From assembly GCF_006345805.1 (NCBI RefSeq), contig NC_043003.1, positions 88,846,001 to 88,910,000 on the forward strand: a stretch of 64,000 nt of DNA, written 5' to 3'. Under the pieces are notes generated by a model, which saw nothing but the letters and a program-made list of their open reading frames with translations, had not been told where the DNA came from and did no database searches. Each line of letters starts with the position of its first letter. Positions within the stretch are counted from its first letter, which is position 1. The position numbers and the translations under genes are program-made. This stretch comes from Octopus sinensis (lineage: Eukaryota). This document shows, piece by piece, positions 24,252 to 37,856 of this stretch.

Positions 24252-27200
24252 TATCATGATCATCATCGTTTAATGTCTGCTTTCCATGCTAGCATGGGTT
24301 GGACGATTTTGACTGAGGGCTAGCGAGCCAGATGGCTGCACCATGCTCCAATCTTGATCTGGCAGAGTTTCTACAGCTGGATGCCCTTCATAACACCAAC
24401 CAGTCCGAGAGTGTAGTGGGTGCTTTTTACGTGCCACCGGCACGAGGGCCAGTCAGGCGGTACTGGCAATGATCTCGCTCGAATCCTTTTACACATGCAA
24501 CTGGCACGGGTGCCAGTGAAACGACATTGGTAATGATCACGCTCAAATGGTGCCCTTGTACGTGCCACGGGCTCGGAAGCCAGTCGACTGCTCTGGCAAC
24601 GATCACACTCGGATGGTACTCTTGGCACCCTACTAGCACAGGCATAAGTGCCAGTAAGGTGACGCTGGTAACGATCATACTCGAATAGCCTCTCTGTCAA
24701 CGATCACACTCGTATGGTGCTCTTTGCACCCCGCTAGCACAGATGCCAGTCATTGAATTGATTTTGATTTCACTTGCCTCAACAGGTCTTCGCAAGCAGA
24801 GTTTAGTGACCAAAGAAGGAAAAGGTACGCATAAGCGGGCTGGTTACACTCCTGGCATAGGCCACAGGTTATGGTCTCATTTGGCTTGCCGGGTCTTCTC
24901 AAGCACAGCATATTTCCAAAAGTCTCGGTCGCTAGTCATTTCCTTGGTGAGGCCTAATGTTCGAAGGTCGTGCTTCACCACTTCATCCCAGGTCTTCCTG
25001 GGTCTACCTCTTCCACAGGTTCCCTCAACCGCTAGGGTGTGGCACTTTTTCACACAGGTATCCTCATCCATTCTTGCCACATGACCATACCAGCGCAGTT
25101 GTCTCTCTTGCACACCACATCTAATGCTTCTTAGGTCCAACTTTTCTCTCAAGGTACTTACACTCTGTCGAGTATGCACACTAACATAACACATCCATCG
25201 GATCATACTGGCTTCATTCCTTGCGACCATACGCATGTCCTCAGCAGTCATAGCCCATGTTTCACTGCCATGTAGCATGGCTGTTTGTACACATGCATCA
25301 TACAGTCTACCTTTTACTCTGATTGAGAGGCCCTTTGTCACCAGCAGAGGTAAGAGTTCTCTGAACTTTGCCCAGGCTATTCTTATTCTAGCAGCTACAC
25401 TTTCAGCGCACCCTCCTTTGCTACTGACTTGGTCACCTAGGTAATGGAAGCTATCAACTACTTCTAGTTTTTCTTCCTGGAATGTTGCGTAAGTTGGTCT
25501 CTGCGCATTTCCAGTGTTTATCCCTCCCGAGCATCTGCCACATACAAAAACTATCTTCCCAGTTAGCCTTCCTTTGATATTGCTGCACCTCTTATGTGTC
25601 CATAGCTTACACTGGGTACATCTTATAGAGTTTCTACCTATGCCTCTACTACAGATCGAGCAGGGCCATCTACCTGAAGGGATTTGTGGTTTGCCTGCCT
25701 TCCTACTTATTAGGACTTTGGTTTTAGCTAGGTTGATTTTAAGGCCCTTCGATTCTAAACCTTGTTTTCACACTTGAAACTTCTCCTCTAGTTCTGATAG
25801 TGACTCAGCAATTAGAGCAAGGTCGTCAGCATAGAGGAGCTCCCAGGGGCATCTTGTCTTGAATAAATAGGAGGGGGCTGAGGACTGAACCTTGGTGGAC
25901 CCCTACCTCTACCCTGAATTCTTCAGTGTACTGGTTGCCAACCCTCACCTTACTAGCAGCGTCCCTGTACATGGCTTGCATGGCTCTCACTAACCATTCA
26001 TTTATCCCTAGTTTCCTCATTGACCACCAGATAAGGGATTGGGGGACCCTGTCAAAGGCTTTCTCCATGTCAATGAAAGCGAGGTACAGGGGCTTATCTT
26101 TGCCTAGGTATTTCTCCTGCAGCTGTCTCACCAGAAATATGCACGAACCCAAACTGCATCTCATCCAAGTTGACTCTCTCCCTAATCAGTTGGGCTATGA
26201 CCCTCTCCATAACCTTCATTACCTGATCCAACAGCTTGATACCTCTGTAATTTTTTGTATCTAGGGCGTCACCTTTACCTTTGTAGCAGTTGACTATTAT
26301 GCTGATACACCAGTCGTTGGGTATGACACCTTCGTGTATCATCTGGTTAACTATACAGGTGACTAGGCTATAGCTGACACTACCAGATATTTTGAGCATC
26401 TCTGCAGTAATTCCTGATGGGCCTGGGGCTTTCCCTGTCTTCATGCTTCTAATTGCCTTAACTACCAAGGAACTGTCAACTCGGATAGCTGGTCCCTCAG
26501 TTGGGTTGACATTCGGCAGACTCTCTTTATCCCATTTATTTTCTTTATTCAGCAACCTTTCATAATGGCATCTCCAAACCTCTCTTTTTGCATCCTCATT
26601 TAGCGCAAGTGAACCATCATCCATGCGAACACATTTCTCTCCTACCACATCACGATTCTCTCTCACACACTGTCTTGCAACACGAAATACCTCGAGTCTT
26701 TCATCCTCACGGCTCAGAACATTGGCAAATATTTTCTTATCCGCTTCCCCTCTGGCTAAATATACCTGCCTCCTAGCTTCCATTCTGGCAGTCTGATACA
26801 CTTCCCTGCTACCACCGTTCTTCCAGTCCTTCCAAGCCTGTTCCTTTTGTCTAATAGCCTTGTCAACAACATTGTTCCACCACCATGTTATTTTGGGTTG
26901 AGAGGGGGGTTTGCACCATCCACAGAGCTGGTCGGTGGCACTTAATAGGTTGTCCCGTAGGAACCTCCAGTTGTCTTCTATACCATGTGAAGCTATATCC
27001 CCTTCTATTTCGTCAAAGGCTCCAAGTAATATGTCTCTAAATCTCTGTCCGTTAGCAGGATCTTTAAGTCTCCAGACCTGTCTTCTTCTTGCAGGTCGTC
27101 TTCTGGGCATCCATTTAGCCCTGATCCTGAAGTCACTAACTACCAATCTATGTTGTGGGGTACATTCTTCGCCAGGGAAGGTTTTGGCATTTATAAGCAG

Positions 27201-28704
27201 CCATATTTCCCTTTTTTTGGTGAGGATGTAGTCAATCTGACTAGTGTGTCTGCCAGATCAGTAGGTGACTAGGTGGCTGGCAGGTTTTCTGAAGTTAGTA
27301 TTGCAAACCATAAGATCATTTGCATCACAGAACTCCAGCAGCCTGGTTCCCTTCTCATTGTGAGAGCCAAAACCGTAGCCTCCACGTATGCCATGGAAGC
27401 CCCCGACATGTTGTCCAACATGTCCATTGAAGTCACCAGCCACAAAGAGAAGGTCACTGTCATTCGTCAATGTGGTAGTCTGCAAGAGAGTGTCATAGAA
27501 TTGGTCTTTCTGTCCATCGGGTAGCCCTGGCTGAGGGGCATAGGCCGATATAATGGTTGCTAACCCATGATGGAGCACTAATATAATCTTAAGTATTCTG
27601 TCACTTACTCTGATTACCTCAATTACCTTATTTACCTGCAATTACCTCAATTACCTTATTTACCTGTAAATAAGGTAATTGAGGTAATCAGAGTAAGTGA
27701 CAGAATACTTAAGATTATATTAGTGCTCCATCATGGGTTAGCAACCATTATATCGGCCTATGCCCCTCAGCCAGAAGTATACCCACACCCCCAACGCCGT
27801 CAGTGTTCCCTGCCCCAAAAATCTTGTACCTGTGTTCTTTGCCTGTGAGGAACCTAGCAGAACCTCCTCTCCACCTTACTTCTTGGATGCATCTCATATT
27901 GACACATCTCCGTTCAAGCAACTCAACAATCTCACAGGACCTACCTTTCAATGTGCCGATGTTGAAAGTGCCAACCCTGAGGGTGTGGGAGGTATGGGCC
28001 CTAGAGACCCTGGGACGGCGGGCAGCGGCGTCATGTACCTGAAAAGAGAGCTCGCAGTTGGCAGAATTGGCAGAATTCATAACAACGATAGTTGTAAGTT
28101 TAACCTGCGTACACTACACTATCATATTTTGCACTGTATGATCACTACGTTATATAGTTGGGGTGGGGTTGGCGTAAGGACTTTAGAAGTGTTTATGGGA
28201 GGCAACGAAAGAAGGACCTCCGGTATTGGTGGAGAGGGTGGGAGGGCAGGTGACCCGCGAACGAACAAACATGTGCTAGGAGTTGTAAGAGAGAGATAGA
28301 GAGAGAGAGAGAGACAGGGTGAATGCCAATAGGTAGATAGATAGATGGATGGATGGGCACAAAGTGAGTCAAATGGAGAAATGGTTTCAGGGATTTGGAG
28401 AAAGACAAGTTTGAGACGTGTGATTGTTATCTCAGCCATCAACAAGTAAGAACGAAAATATATAGAGCTGAAATGAAATGCGTGAGCTAAAGTTAAGATG
28501 AATGATAATAATAAGGGTTTACGATGAAAAATACTGACAGAAATACAATGAAATGTAGATTAACAACAAGTTGAATTTAAATCGCTTATCTGGAATCTTT
28601 CATCCTCTGGGATATGTATTTCACAGCCAAGGAATCGAGGTGTAGTAAAGAGGGGCCATGGCAAGCTTTAGTTTATATAGGGTGGTGGGTGGGGAAGTAG
28701 GAAG
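24252..28704 (-). mobile_element. RTE LINE copy 3, full length, degraded, 7-bp TSD
   Basis: TCTTCAT at 24245-24251 and 28705-28711; APE, RT and C-terminal pieces; (ATC)n tail; internal fold-back at 27530-27775. Confidence 0.92.
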
Positions 28705-29520
28705 TCTTCATAAGACAAATGCTTGAGACCAAGAACCATGCAGGTAGCCAGCTTCTGGACTCTTTCGAGATGATGTATGACTTTGAGGAGATAAGGAGAA
28801 GAGGCTTGAATCCTGTGCTCCAATATGGGTCTCACCAGCGGGACATAGAGCGGTAGGAATATGGCTGCTGTGAGCATTCCGAATGACCGTCGAATCAAAA
28901 ACAGAACTCTGCGTGCTTTGTTGGCAGCATGGATGCATTGGGCCTAAAGCGAAAAGGAAGAATCCACCAAGATACCCAGGTCCTTTACTTGGTCGGTCTT
29001 CTCCAGCAGCAGACGACCCGGCTCGAAATCAAGTTGGGTTGCAGGAGAGGAGCCAACAGGCAGATGACAGCACTTTGACACGTTCAGACACAGGTCCCAT
29101 TCGTTTGACCATCTCCAAACTTGGTGGAGGTATCGATGAAGATCCTCTATATCACTGCGAGGAGCAACCAGTTTGACATCGTCGGCACATAGAAGGTTGT
29201 GTTGCGTGAGGTCGTCGGGCAAGTCATTTATGAAGACTAAAAACAATAACGGCCCAAGTACTGAACCTTGAGGCACGCCACTGCTTGCACTGGAGACGTC
29301 GGACAGCAAACCATTAACTTGGACTTGGAAGGAGCGATCTGAGAGGAAGGCACTAACCCATTGTACAATATCCAGATGGAAACGATATGCTTGAAGCTTG
29401 ACAAGTAATAGGCGGTGGTTAACCGAGTCAAAAGCTTTGGCAAAGTTCAATAAAACGATGTCAACAGCATCACCATCATCCAGGATACACGTCACCAATT
29501 CTTCCATTACCAGTTAAAGT
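28705..29520 (-). mobile_element. 5' portion (RT) of the CR1-group LINE interrupted by RTE copy 3
   Basis: LNFAKAFDSV, GVPQGSVLGPLLF, ADD; ends LKHLSYE, continuing in 23846-24251. Confidence 0.85.
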
Positions 29521-29699
29521 TGTGATTGAATTTTTGTGGTTGGATGCCCTTCCTATTACTAATTAACTTATAGCATGGGCTAGATGCATTTTATTATGCC
29601 ACTAGTGCTACTTAGGAAGTCTGTTGGGAGTGAGGTGTTCTCACTGTACTGTACAAGTCTTTATTAATTTCATCCATATGATTAGAGTAGAACCCCTGG

Positions 29700-30010
29700 G
29701 ATTCATCATCATCATTTCGCGTTGGCTTTCCATGCTGGTATGAGTTGGATGGCTAGGCAGAAGACTGCACTTGGCTTCAGTGTCTCTTTTGGCAAAATAT
29801 TTTTATGGATGGATACCCTTCCTAACACCAACCATTCCACAGAGTGAACCGAGTGCTTTTTACATGGCATCAGCACAGGCAAGGTCAGTTTTGGCATGAT
29901 TTTTACAGCTGGATGCCCTTCCACATGCCAACCAATTTACACTGTGGACTTGATGCTTTTTTATGTGGCATCAGCACTGGCAGGATCACTAAGTAACTTG
30001 CAAGACAAAA
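29700..30010 (-). mobile_element. Old RTE 3' UTR copy
   Basis: catcatcatcattt...ccatgctgg...ggatacccttcctaacaccaacca. Confidence 0.7.
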
Positions 30011-33000
30011 ATGTTTTAAGAGGGGAGGGGGCATTGGATGAGGTGATCTTGTGCCAGTTGATGAACGTTTACAGTGTGATAGAGACAGAAACAAATGTCT
30101 TGCTGTAGAGCAGGTACATGGTTACCCAGTGAGAACGAGGACAGAAACAGCTGTGTTGCTGTAGAGGAGATACATGGTTACCTAACCAGAGGGAGAGAGT
30201 GGAAGACTGCAAGAGAGAGGAGGAGAGAGATGTAGGCAACATGCTAGGGCATACTCTCTAGGAATGAGGATAAGAATATAAGTGGGATGGTAGAGTAGAA
30301 CAAGAGAAATGTTGGTGAAGTGCTCAGCTATACCCTCAAGGTACGGGGTCAGAATATAAATGGCAGGACATTGCCAAAGGTGAGTGAGTAGAGAGTAGAG
30401 ATTTCACATGAATGCAAAGAGTGTGGAGGTGAGGAATGCAGTGTTTGGTGAAACCTAGGTATATAGAGGTGTTGAGGACAGGATTGGGGAGCGAGAGATT
30501 AACATAGTGCATGAAAAGAGGAAATGTGAGGAAGAGAAGAGATGTAGTTTGGTTTGTTGGGGTAGGGTGTGTAAAAACTTTTATTGTTATAAATAACAAT
30601 TGCGTACTTGGGTCAACTGAACTGACTCTGACCATCACCATTTGAAGCCTTATATTCTAAATTTGCTTCATTAATCTATTTGATAAAAGATTTTGAAAAA
30701 TAGAATTTTATTTAGATTAGTGTGTTGAAACTGACTGATTGGCCAGTGAAAATGTATATACACTGCTCTTTTCACTTAATTGTTAGTTTTTCTATACATT
30801 TTACTGTATTTAAAAAATAAATTGGCTTCTGATTCTTTGTTCCATAACACAGAATTATGACAGTTGGTTGATGATAGACCTCAAAAACTGTGCAGCAACA
30901 AATTGCCGGTAGGTAGTGCAAGTCTGATGACATGGAAATCTGCTATTTATTAAAAGATGTTCTCTCAACAACTCTCTTCAATCTTTACCTTCGGTATACC
31001 TGCAAAACATGCAGCTTCATAGACAGTTGGCATTAAAGTTACATAATTCCACCATTTCCAATATTATAATGGCACACAATTATAATTCTACATCAACCAC
31101 CTCACTCACTGAATTACCAAATATTCCATTTCCCTCACCAGCATTACTGCAAAGCATAAAATACACCCGACCATTACACTAAGTACTAATATATTATTCA
31201 TTTAGTATGAAAATTCAATACATACAGAAGACTATAATGTTGTGAATTATGTCCAACATTCATATCACATAGCTAAGATGTGACAAACTCCCCAATCCTC
31301 AATGATACCTAAATAAAGTGAGTACTCTCACTGGCCATATTTGGACAGCACAGACTGGGTAACCTCCTCTACAGCAACAGATTAAATATAGATCAGATCT
31401 GCACAAGCCCCCACAACTCATATATCTGCATCACAATTTGCAAACAATAGATTTAATGTAGATTATCTCATCATCACTTTGTACAAGGTCCCCAACTCAT
31501 CCACCACAAATCACAATATGCAAGATAGATTAAATGTTGATTATCAGTTCATCAGTTATGCACAAGGCAACTCCTATTCCATATCTGCACAATTTCACAA
31601 TATATCACCATCTGCAAACAATAGATTAACTATAGATTATCAGTTCTGCACAAGGCCACCCCTAACCTGCCACAAATCACTACAAAATAATACATTTTAC
31701 ATAACAAGCTACACGTGGGTGACATTTATAGTCAGCCTATACCATGAAGTAAATCAAAATCATTGATGAAGGAGCACCATTTGGACATGCAAAAACACAA
31801 TTTGTTTTTACAGTAACCTGCAATCTTCACTATGCTTGCTGCTACTTTTAAGCCTTCCACTCTGGATACCTAGACACATCTTAGAACATTATTGTAACAC
31901 CATCTTAAATTCATGCTCTCTAAATCAAGTTTTGACAAACTGAGAAAACATACACATTAAGTATAACTGAAGAATAGGTAACCCAGGCACTGTTGTGGGA
32001 TGCATTTCATCTGAAATAAATGCCAAACAGCTATTGTTGTGTTCTTACTTCTCACACCTCTGTTCTGACCACAACCAAATCTTATTGACATAGAAAAAAC
32101 TAGACAACACAGGAAATACAACACACTCTACCACCTCAAGTGCTACATAATAACTTACTGCAATGAAAATGTAGTCCTAAATATACTGTATTTAAAATGA
32201 CTAAAGAGCTACAATTTTAGATAAGGATTGGGAGAAGTGCTTAATGCAGGATCTGGGAAGTATGGTTGATTTTGTGTCGACAGTTAATGCAGTTTTGTAG
32301 CTTACAGGAGTAGAAGCAATAAAGTAGATGGAATAGAAATATGTCGTGTTTGTAGTTGAAGTTTGTTGGTGATCAGTTAGACAGCTTTCTGTATATATAT
32401 ATATTAGCTAGAAGTTCATAAATCCGAAAAGAAGCACTTTCTAAACATTTAGAGCAGTAATACTTAAAAAGTTGATGGTTATAGTCAGTCAAAGAGTGAC
32501 CATTGGTTTCACACCTATAAGGTTCTTAGCAGTAGAGACGAGTTTTCAGACTTGATGGCCAGAGGCACTTAACCTCTCTATAACTGGAGATAAGAAAGAG
32601 TCTTTGTCAGTTAAGGTTGTAAACAAAATATTCCAAAACGAAATTCTAGACAATTTTTCTAGGTGAGATGGATTCCAGTTGTGTCTAAGAAGGGTCAGCA
32701 ATAGATGATTACTTTTTGCTAGTCGGCAAGTGGGAAATTCCATGTTTCGAACATGAATTTCCTTTGATGAAGTCACCCACAAAAATTTTTGGGAGTTTAA
32801 GAAGGTCCCTGGGTCAAATAAATCCTTCAGGATCCTTGCTTTCTTAGCCATTATGGTATGGCCTTGGTTGTTCTAGGAGCCTTCATTTAATTATATATGG
32901 TGTAAACACCTCTTTTAAACACCATATGTAGCTGGCAAAGGATGTAATGTTGCACCTGTCTGAAATCCTAAAGGAGAACCTGTGACTATTAAGCTGCTAC

Positions 33001-33935
33001 TTGAAAGGACCCTCTGTCCACCCAATGAATTTTTGTGTCTGTGCACTTGTGCCAGTTGTGCTGCCACTGTTGTTGTTGCTGCCATTGCTGTTGTTACTGC
33101 CAGACACATTGCTGTTATTACCTGACATGATACTGGTGTTGTAGGTGTTTTTGTTGTTGTTACTGTTATTACCAGACATGTTATTGGTGTTGTAGGTATT
33201 TTTGTTGCTGACATTGCTGCTGTTATTTTGTCTATATACGCACTCTCTTTCTCTCTATACATACATATATATTAATTGGTATTATTTAACTCTCTGTCTG
33301 AAGAATTTCGAATAGGAAATTCCTTACACGTCTATTTAACATGTAAAACTCTGTAATTCCTATAACAAATGAAACTTGTGTAATGATGTATAAATAATAC
33401 CAAAAGTTTTTCAACTTCCTCTTTCATTTTATATATTTGTATGTAAATAATTAAATATGCTAGCAGGACCCATGAATATTTTGTAGAATTAATAGTAATC
33501 CTATTTGGTCATTCCTGAAAACTTTATCCAAAAACCTGAAAGCGTAGCTGGTGTTGTGTCTGTATCAAAAGATAGTCGCTCATCTGTTATTCATTGAAAA
33601 GTGAAGGAAATTGGAATACGATGATTACTTAATGCATACTTAATGCACAATTTTATAGACTTGATACACAACACTCATAAAATAAATATTATTTTTCCAT
33701 TTCCCCCATAAACAGAAAAAATTAGATTTTAAAATTTACATGGTCACAATTTCATATCTAAAAAGCAAAAATTTTATAGTAAAAAAATTATTTTATATGT
33801 AAAATATAGGGGTCACAATTTCATGGGGGTAAAAATTTAATGCAACATGGCATACTCTGAAAATCACATTGCTGGTAACTTATAAGTCAAGGCAATGGGT
33901 CAGAGCCAGTACACATTTCAGTTTGCGTACACCTT

Positions 33936-34211
33936 TCAATCCAGTACTTCTTTGCAGACTATGTTCTTCATGTAAGTTCTCCCTCTTTTCTCTTGTTTGT
34001 CAGTGTTGATAACTTTAACTTTCATATCAGATAACTTGTGAGCTCTTGAGAATGTAACATAGAGCTGACTATGGCCGAATACAGGTTCAGGCAGATGCAG
34101 CCCCACTTTATCAAATGTCTGCTCTTGTGATTTATTGATAGTCATTGCATATGGCAGGCAAACAGGAAACTGGTTTCTTTCTAAAGTGAATGGCAAGTTT
34201 GGGATGCACAT
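33936..34211 (-). pseudogene. Helitron Pif1-like helicase C-terminal fragment
   Basis: QFPVCLPYAMTINKSQEQTFDKVGLHLPEPVFGHSQLYVTFSR...KNIVCKEVL (helicase motifs V/VI). Confidence 0.85.
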
Positions 34212-34570
34212 GCGTTAAGTGATAGGTGATATAAAAAACTTAGTTCAATGAAAAAAAAATTACTTTTCACCATGCACTCCCCATCTCCTCCCACCACAAC
34301 CACCACCACCACCGCCATCATCTCTCTCTTTCACCTTTCTCTCACTGCCTTTCTTTAATCTCACCAACAGAACTTCACCCCTCTGCTAAAATTATATTTC
34401 TAGCTCCTGTATATCACTGCCTTCTACCAACTTTCTTAACCATTTAATAAATATCATGTTCCCCCTACCACATGGATGCTTCTCTCTCCCTCTTTTCTCT
34501 CATCATGCGAAAGCGTTACTAATAGGCTGAGTAACATAATGACAAGCAGAATTATTATATGATGCGTGTG

Positions 34571-34625
<55 letters not shown>

Positions 34626-34632
34626 TATATAT

Positions 34633-35165
34633 AGGGGGAGAATTCACAAAAAAACAAAAGACGAAGACAGGTGATGTAGACAACAAACAGATGTATTAGC
34701 TCAATGCTCGGGAAATGAAAAAGTCTTTCAGATTTCGTGCCTACACTCTTCCACAGAAAGGAACACAGAAAGAAACAGGGAGAGAAAATGAAGAATGTGT
34801 AATGGCTAGCGACCTATCATGGTGAATGCCAGACAGAGGGGTCACACAGGAGAGTTAGGAAGAAGGGGAGATAATAAATTAGTGGTGATCACCAAATGAA
34901 GGTGCGTCTGCATGTGTATGAGAGTATGTATGTGCATGTGGAAGAAGGCTGGTGACCTTGACGTGTGCATGTGTAGATGTGTGGGTGCTGGGAAGTGGTC
35001 AGTGCTAGTGTGTGCGTGGTGTGATGTGATGAGGTGTTGTGTGGTGTGGTGGTGTTGGGATGTGGGGAAAGCAAGGGTGGGTTGTGGGTTAGGCTGAGGG
35101 TGGGAATAGAGGTAGGAGTGGGTGTAAGGGATGAGTGGGGTGGGATGGATTAGGAAGGTGGGATA
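34633..35165 (-). mobile_element. Decayed PLE-derived terminal remnant
   Basis: Terminus similar to 37141-37235; degenerate hammerhead-like GGAAGA-GTGtaggCAC-GAAA on the minus strand; purine-rich body. Confidence 0.35.
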
Positions 35166-35197
35166 TATGTGTGTGTGTATATATATATATATTTATA

Positions 35198-35800
35198 CAG
35201 GCTGCGATGGTTAAATTGTTGCTGTTTTATATTTTTAATTTCACACATGTGCATTATTTGTTTTTGATTTTGTCAACTACATAGTATAGTAGGGACAACT
35301 GGGCACCGTCTTTGAGAAAGACAGCACCATGATGCAATCTGCCAGAAACTTGGAAATGACATGCTGTACTGCATGGCATTCATGCTGGAAGCTCCAGTAT
35401 GAATATTTCAGAGTGTTTGGGTGTCAATCTGAGGACATGTACTGAGAGTGATAAAAATCAAACTTCCAGTGAACATCATGGTGTTTGGAGTGATCAGTAG
35501 TGATGGCGATGTTATGCCTCTATTCATTTTGCCACATGGCCTCAGACTCAACATAGAGGCCTACATGAAGTGCTTGGAGGAGGTAGTGCTACCTTGGGTT
35601 AACAGGGTGGTTGTTCGAAGACCCTCTGTCTGGCAATACGACTCTGCACCATGCCACACCAGCAGGAGCACCCAGTCATGGCTGTCAGATACTTTCTGTG
35701 ACCACATCACCTCTAACATCTGGCCACATAACTCCCCAGAGTGCAAGCCCCTTGATTATTATGTGTGGGGCCCAGTTGAGAGAGAGACCAACTAAACTTG
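35198..35800 (+). mobile_element. Tc1/mariner DD37D (maT-type) transposase fragment with a possible left end
   Basis: MVFGVIS...YDSAPCHT...WPHNSPECKPLDYYVW, with 37 residues between the 2nd and 3rd Asp; TA|CAGG start. Confidence 0.85.
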
Positions 35801-36700
35801 CAAATAAGAAGCACAATAGTTGGTGCTAGAAAACTTGACAATTTCTATCAAAGTAGAAAAAATAATATAAGTAATATAAACATGAATAACAATAGCAGCA
35901 ACTATAATAATAATAATAATAATAATAACAGAAATGACAATAATAATAGAAATGCCGCAATCAGTGATAACAACAACAATAATAAAAATAATAATGATAA
36001 CACTATAGGTAATAATAATAACAATAATAATAATAAGAAGAAGATTAGTAAGCAATATAAGTCAAACTAACAGGAAGGATGCTAATAGTAATAATCATAA
36101 TAATATAAGCATTAATATTAGTAGTCAGATGAACAATGACCTAAGAAATAATAATAATAATATTTTGACTATTAGCCCCAATAACATAAACCCTGTACAA
36201 CAACGTAGAAAGTGTAATTGTAGAAAAAGAAAAAATTGTGTATTTAATAATGACTGCATTAGGAAGGAGGTAGTATATCAATGTATAGTAAGTACACAAT
36301 ACAACAGGAATAATAATGTGAAACAAAGATTTAATTATCACAGCTACACCTTTAGAAACAGAAATAGGAGAAATTCTACAGGGTTAAATACACATATATG
36401 GGAACTTAAAGATAAAAAAGTTAATTATAATTTACAATGGAAGATATTAATATCAGCCCCTGTGTACAATAATAAAAAAAAAAATTTTTACTATGCATTA
36501 ACGAAATTTTCTTTCTAATTAGGGCTAAAATCCTGCTTATTAACAATTTTAAGGGATGTAATGTCTCATGTCTTCATAAAATTGAGTATACTTTCTCCAA
36601 ATATAAATAGAACATATTATTAAATTTACCCATACTGAATTATCTGTAATTAGAATGAACAATTATTACTTTAATATATCTTATTAGTTAAATTGTAATA
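35801..36700 (+). mobile_element. Decayed PLE fragment: (AAT)n-rich linker and GIY-YIG remnant
   Basis: CNCRKRKNCVFNNDC...VVYQC...QRFNYH...HIWELK...YNLQWKIL, homologous to 13384-14037. Confidence 0.75.
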
Positions 36701-36707
36701 GTTATGA

Positions 36708-36709
<2 letters not shown>

Positions 36710-36748
<39 letters not shown>

Positions 36749-37375
36749 AATGTTTTTGTGCAGGAAGTTATGTATTATATATGTATGCATGTATATGTGT
36801 AGATGCATGTACATAGGTTTGGATAAGTGTATATGTATGTTTTGGTTCTTATTTTATGTTGATGTATATAAGGTTGTATGTGAATGTGTTGGTATATATA
36901 TATATGCTATGGACTTATGTTGATATATATGTGTATTTATGTATTTATATTTGGATATATAAATGTTTGTGTGTGTATGTGTATATGCATGTATGTATAT
37001 GTGTATATATGTATGTGTGTATTTACATGTGTGTGTATATATATATATGTGTGTAGGTAAGTGTGTATATGTGTGTATATATATATGTATATGTAGGTTC
37101 TTTGTGTGTATGTATGTATATATATATATATATATATATAACGGTAAGGTTTACGAAAATAAACAAAAGACGAAGGCAGGTGGAGTACAAACAATCACTT
37201 GTATTAGTATGGCGCTCAGGAATAGAAATAAAACAATATATATATATATATAGGTCTGAGTGTATGTATGTGTATATATGTATATGTATGTGTTGATGAA
37301 TGTATGGATGAATGTATGTATATATGTGTACATGTAGATATATATGTTTGAGGAATGTGTATGTATATATATATA
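36710..37375. repeat. TA/TG microsatellite with a short PLE-like terminal stub at 37141-37235
   Basis: Direct sequence. Confidence 0.85.
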
Positions 37376-37856
37376 TCATCATCATCATCATCGTTTAACG
37401 TCCGTTCTCCGCGCTAGCACGGGTTGGACGGTTCGACCGGGGTCTGGGGAGCCAGGGGCTGCCCCAGGCTCCAGTCTGGTCTGGCAGTGTTTCTACGGCT
37501 GGATGCCCTTCTTAACGCCAACCACTCCGCAGGTGTAGTGGGTGTTTTTTACGTGCCACCTGCACAGGTGCCAGACGGAGCTGGCGAATGGCCACGAACG
37601 GATGGTGTTTTTCTGTGTCACCGGCACAGGGCCAGGCAATGCTGGCAACGGACACGAACGGACGGTGCTTTTACGTGTCACCGGCACAGGTGCCAGACGA
37701 GGCTGATATCGGACACGAACAGATGGGTCACTTAACCCCTGCTTTCTGATATATGATTTGATTTTGATTGTTCTCACTGGTCTTGCCGGGTCTTCTGACG
37801 CACAGCATACTTCCATAGGTCTCGGTCTCTGGTCATTTCCTTGGTGGGACCTATTG
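37375..37856 (-). mobile_element. RTE 3' end including the ORF C-terminus and three repeats of about 60 bp
   Basis: (ATC)n tail; KTRPV C-terminus on the minus strand. Confidence 0.88.

Noticed and set aside
33455-33470. CTAG as the 3' end of the Helitron helicase fragment at 33936-34211
   Set aside because: No clear GC hairpin upstream, and the next base is not T.
34720-34760. Hammerhead-like motif on the minus strand
   Set aside because: The core reads TGGAAGA and stem III and the cleavage triplet are missing; at best a dead remnant.
35792-36070. Poly-Asn and poly-Ile ORFs as a host protein
   Set aside because: An (AAT)n-expanded region contiguous with the decayed PLE endonuclease.
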